A stretch of DNA of 64,000 bases, taken from NCBI RefSeq assembly GCF_037042905.1, contig NC_087263.1, positions 13,952,001-14,016,000 of the forward strand, given 5' to 3'. Under the pieces are notes generated by a model. The model searched no databases and was not told the origin of the DNA. It saw only the letters and a program-made list of their open reading frames with translations. This document shows positions 59,367-64,000 of the stretch, one piece after another. The number at the start of each line of letters is the position of its first letter. Position 1 is the first letter of the stretch. The position numbers were made by a program, and so were the translations under genes. Source of the stretch: Lytechinus pictus. Lineage: Eukaryota.

Positions 59367-61615
59367 ATAGATCCTCTTGAATGGTTGGTATTATATTTAA
59401 CCTGACCAGCATTGGGTCGCATGCTATATCATACGACCCAATGCTGGTCAGACTCATATCCATTTGATATTAGGACACTCGTCCAAAAAATTACCTAAGT
59501 CGAATCTTCGTTTGCAAAATCTTGTCTAATATTTGGCTTCGACTCGGGCGAATATTCGACTAATAAGATAGAAAATCGACTTCTGCAAGTTTACCTCCCA
59601 GTAGTTGTCCACGGATACTAGTTGAACTTGACCAACAATGTTTGTTTGTTGCAGTGTCACATGTAGAACTTTTCGAAATTTTTGCTAGTTTTCAGGCACT
59701 TTAATCCTAATTTCATGAATGTGCAGTATCTGATCCAATGATATCCGCAGACATTGGCTCCTTAATTCACAGTTATGTTGTCAGGTTCTTTACATGAATT
59801 CATGTTCTAATATCAAAACAAAACTTTGTCATCATACTCAGGATCTTCTGTATTCCTCAACTCGCTTTCCATTTCCTTTCAGAAGTCAACTAATAGAGAT
59901 ATACTGGTTGAGAAGAAGGCCACAGTCGCAGAAGCAAAGTAACGTAGACCCTAAAACTCGAAAGCAAGTAAAGAACATGTCTCTCAATGTGCCAACACAA
60001 AAACGAACACTCTAAAGATGACGTTCATAATACATATTTCTCGAAAACGTCGTTCCAATTCCATGCTACTCCCTTTGGCATTTGTAAGCTGGTAAAATCA
60101 TTTTTGCCTCCAAGCAAAATCATGGTGGAATGGACACAATAATCGTTACATGATTGAAAACAAAGTTAATGCCTTCTCGCTACTCTCCCATGAAACGGGT
60201 TACCATGTTGACGGCGGGATAGGTAAAAGGTCGCATGTGTCTCCAGGCGAAACACTACATACTACTGTACTCGTGTTAAAGCGAAATCACCTGTGCGCCA
60301 AAATTGCAAAGCGCGCAAGACTATCCAAAACGCGAGTCTCCGCGGTGTTAGGTCGGTCGTAAAGAGATCTTTCACGTCTTCGGGCGGGAACACGACAGCA
60401 CGACACTTCGGGACGCGTGACGTAAAATTGACATAGCATATAACTGGAGGGCAGGCAATTAGCTTCACAAATTAATTGCCTTAAAGGCCAGCGATATCAT
60501 CTGGTGCAAATTTGCTCTAGATAATCTTCTCGGATGGCTCGGTATAACATCGGTTATACATGTTATAGTTTATTAGTGCTCAGAGCTTATAGAATGTGCA
60601 TGCTTTTTGGCATGTTTAGTAAAGGCAGTCTTGTTTTTCCGGAAAGGACAGGAAGATAAATATTTTATCATCTCACGTACATGACGAAAGGTAATGTATA
60701 CAGTTACATGTATACACACAATATATTGAAGAGCCACACTATTACAGTAATGCTCCCGCGTCACGCATGTTGTATGCCCAACAACCCGTAAATCTTGTTC
60801 ACACTTTCTTATGTAAAGATTAGACTTGGGAAGATACCATTCCCGTGACCTAAGTGATATATCATACTTACATCATGAAATCTCTGAATACATCCATTGC
60901 CTTGTCCAGTAATTTTTTTCCTCAAAAATTGACCTTCTTGTATATTGCTTATACAAAAAAAATTTTAATTACTTATCCAACATCGCAGGATAAACCTTTT
61001 TTCAACATCATTTCATTTCGTCCAAGAGAAGATAACAATGCATTCCAACTAGTAGTGTCCGCGTTGGAACAGGCTGCTTCGTGCGCCTCCGGGTAGTTAC
61101 AGCGTAATGTACATGGTATTCAGACGTTTTTAAAACAGGGCAATTTAAGATTTACAGTATTCAGACAGTTCTTACTGAGTTAAGGAGACACATTAAACAA
61201 TCTACATGTATTACACGCACACACAAACACGCACTAAATTTTATCGAACTGTTACACTTGTGAGTGAAACGGATACGACATTTCAGACATATATTCATGT
61301 CAAGTCCGTTACACTAACACCAAGTGCATTTTTTTTCTACAACTGTTCAAATTATGTGACTGAATATTCAATGTGTCAGATAACCTTAACAGGAACTGTT
61401 TAAATACCTGAAATTGCGATGCTTTGGAACTGTTTGAATGTAACGTTCGTTACGCTCCAACTCCCCATTAGATTCATCACAAAATGTTATGGTCCTTCCG
61501 GTCACCTCAACGAAACCGACTCCAGACCGATCACATTTATACCCTTATTTCGAAGGGCATGTCATTGGTCGGTCTGGAATCGGTTGCACTGTTGTGACGT
61601 TTGCCTTAGAGCTTA

Positions 61616-62041
61616 CCGGGGGGGGGGGGGCAGTCAAAAGTATTGCTGTACACACGCGTGGCCAAATTATTTCCAAACACCCCCTAAACGAGTTTTTCTC
61701 TGTGTGCAAAATAACCCCTAAAAACAAGTTTTTCGTGGGCTTTATTTACACATTTTTACCCTAAACAAGTTGTCGCCAGAATATGACCCCGGGGAAAAAG
61801 CTTGGGGGAAAAACATATCCTAAACACGTTCGGCTAGTCTTAAAAAACATACCCTGAATACGTTTGACCCTGCGATTGACCATTGACCAGTCTTTTAAAA
61901 CCACCCCTTTTTTGAAATCGGTGTTTTTGATACCCTTAACGAGTGCACGCGCGGCCCGCGTCCAAAACTGAAAAAACACCCCTTTAAACGCGTTCTTTCT
62001 TCGTCACGCGTGTGTACAGCTTTTGACTGCCCGCCCTCCGG
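61616..62041. mobile_element. CCGGGG-GCAGTCAAA MITE, copy 2 (inverted relative to 43340)
   Basis: Interior is the reverse complement of 43340-43799. Flanks AGAGCTTA and AGAGCATA. Confidence 0.88.
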
Positions 62042-62475
62042 AGAGCATATGCTTATGATATCTCTTTAAATTAAAACCGATGATACTTCACTAATGTGTG
62101 CAAGATATCTGAACACGTGGTCATCTTTCGTTTTCTTCCTACCATGCCTACTGTTAAACAGTAACGCGAATACCGGCGCTGTATTAATGCTTAACCCATA
62201 CGGTGTTAGCAGATACTATCATCAATCATGCGATAGCACATATTATTGACTGATACGTCAGACGAACAAAGGTAGTTCAACTTCACTACGATATGCTACC
62301 AACATGAGTCACGCCCAAGGAGACGAGAAAAGACCTTCTTGGATCTCTACTAATATGTCAAAGGTCTACACAACATGTCCAATACAACCTTATTGGTCAA
62401 TGAACAAATCCGTTGTGTAAATTAACTAATGGTTGTGTAGCTTTTACACTATGTGATCGGAAAGTTTAACCATGT

Positions 62476-62660
62476 GGAGATGCCGTGGCCGAGTGGTCTA
62501 ATGCGCCTGGCTATACATTAAAAAGTCCGGGGTTCGATCCTCGGCCGAGGCAGCTATGCCCTTGAGCAAGGCATTTAATCTACAATGCTCTTTTATCCTG
62601 CTTTAATATAAATGGAAATGCTATATGCATTATTGGTAACTAGGTGTGAACTTGTAGAAA
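62476..62660 (+). mobile_element. tRNA-derived SINE
   Basis: TGGCCGAGTGGTCTAA, GGTTCGATCC, then TGCCCTTGAGCAAGGCATTTAA core. Confidence 0.75.
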
Positions 62661-64000
62661 AAATGAAACAACACTTGACCTGATACGTAAATACAACTAA
62701 CGCGCATGTTCACTTTTCTAAAATAAAGATTTGAAGAAATCTAACGAAGAAAAGCAAGGTTATGATGCAAGGTTGATGTTGTGACGCCACATTGCAATGG
62801 TTCATGATAACTGATCATATCAGGGAGATCTCCTTGATCATATATTCTTACATGGAAAGTGGATGACCTAATATCTTGACTACAGTGGTTTTGAGCTTCC
62901 TGAGAACAGTGGAGAAATGTCAAATTTGCTTTATTTCATTTTAAACAGAACAAAGGAAAATAGTCGTAAATAATTACAATCACATTTACAAATAAAACTT
63001 AATATACAAACAATATAAATTGAGGTAGGTACAATGTTTGATATTTTTCCATAAGTAAAACAAATTATTACATGAAAGCAAATTATCATTCACATTACAA
63101 AGATCTGAGAAAATGACATTTGTGAGAATATCTTTTAATAGGAGAAACTGCTTTCATGTGACGTCACAAAAACATTTTGACATTCCATGTCAATGTCCAT
63201 TTTGACATTCCATGTCAATGTCCATTTTTTGTATTTTCCCTAAATCTTTGATATGTTTTCTATTTTTTTCTGCTTTGAAGGGATTGACTAGCACTTGTTC
63301 TATCATAATTATCACCCCTATATACCAGCAGTGGCGTACAGAAAGGGGGGGGGGCTTGGGGCGCTTGTCCCCCCCCAAAAAAAAAAATGAATAAATAAGT
63401 AAATAAATAAAAATAAAATCACAACCAAGAAAAAAAAGGAAGGAAAAAGGAAGAGAGCAGGGTGAAATGTGATAGAATATAGATATACATGTAGATCTGT
63501 ACATTCCACATGAGTCAAGCCCAGACAAAGAGAACAAGAGCTTGCTCCTTATTCGATTTATTTACCAGACCACAAATTCGTTTACCACCTTGACTAGTGT
63601 TCTTTCGAATACCATTGCCTGTATCATTTTCGTATATAAATTACACATAGATATATCTACATTTCTCCGGATTTCTTTTAGCATGCTTGATCAGAGATCA
63701 TTGGAAAAGGCCTAAATGGCAATGACAGGCAAACTTTGTCAATAAATTCGGATAAAATATGTGGTAAAAGTACTGTACTCGTTCTTGATGAATAATAATC
63801 TTCAAGATACTGAAAAGACAACAATAGACCTAGGTCTTACCCACTATTTGACAGCATTAGAGTTTCTAGGGCCCCCCATTAACAAGTAATTTGGGCAAAA
63901 AAAACCCGACGAAAATGTTTAATATCTCGCAATCAATATGCGTTATTGTATAATAAGTTTAGCAGGGAAAACATAATAATAATAATTTTGTGATACCTAA

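Noticed and set aside
63173..63226. 25-bp tandem duplication CATTTTGACATTCCATGTCAATGTC
   Set aside because: Ordinary slippage duplication with no further structure.

Overview
AT-rich, intron-rich metazoan genomic DNA. The SINE/MITE repertoire looks like a sea urchin or other echinoderm (inference only). The main feature is one minus-strand multi-exon gene, most of which the ORF track misses. I assembled 16 coding exons by hand from ATG 38593 down to 667. All have GT-AG boundaries and consistent phases (4077 nt, 1359 aa). The protein is: signal peptide, ~590-aa Ser/Thr-rich mucin-like exon with four 46-aa repeats, about five fibronectin type-III domains, an R3-type membrane-proximal domain ([19 protein letters not shown]) containing an RRKR furin-like site, one TM helix, and the juxtamembrane/wedge motif SRPVRVSDF...[14 protein letters not shown]. 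This identifies an R3-subtype receptor protein tyrosine phosphatase (PTPRB/PTPRJ/PTP10D-like). No catalytic exon is in the window: it lies left of base 1, or the gene ends in a short alternative exon at 535-579. The rest is introns and upstream DNA filled with non-autonomous DNA transposons (TA, TTAA, 8-bp and 9-bp target-site families), tRNA-derived SINEs, a CACAGTGTG-rich dispersed element with an 84-bp minisatellite expansion, microsatellites and a few possible non-coding exons. I see no CRISPR, prokaryotic gene, autonomous transposase or other clearly new system. The best novelty candidates are the mucin-tipped R3 RPTP architecture and a possible phosphatase-less isoform.
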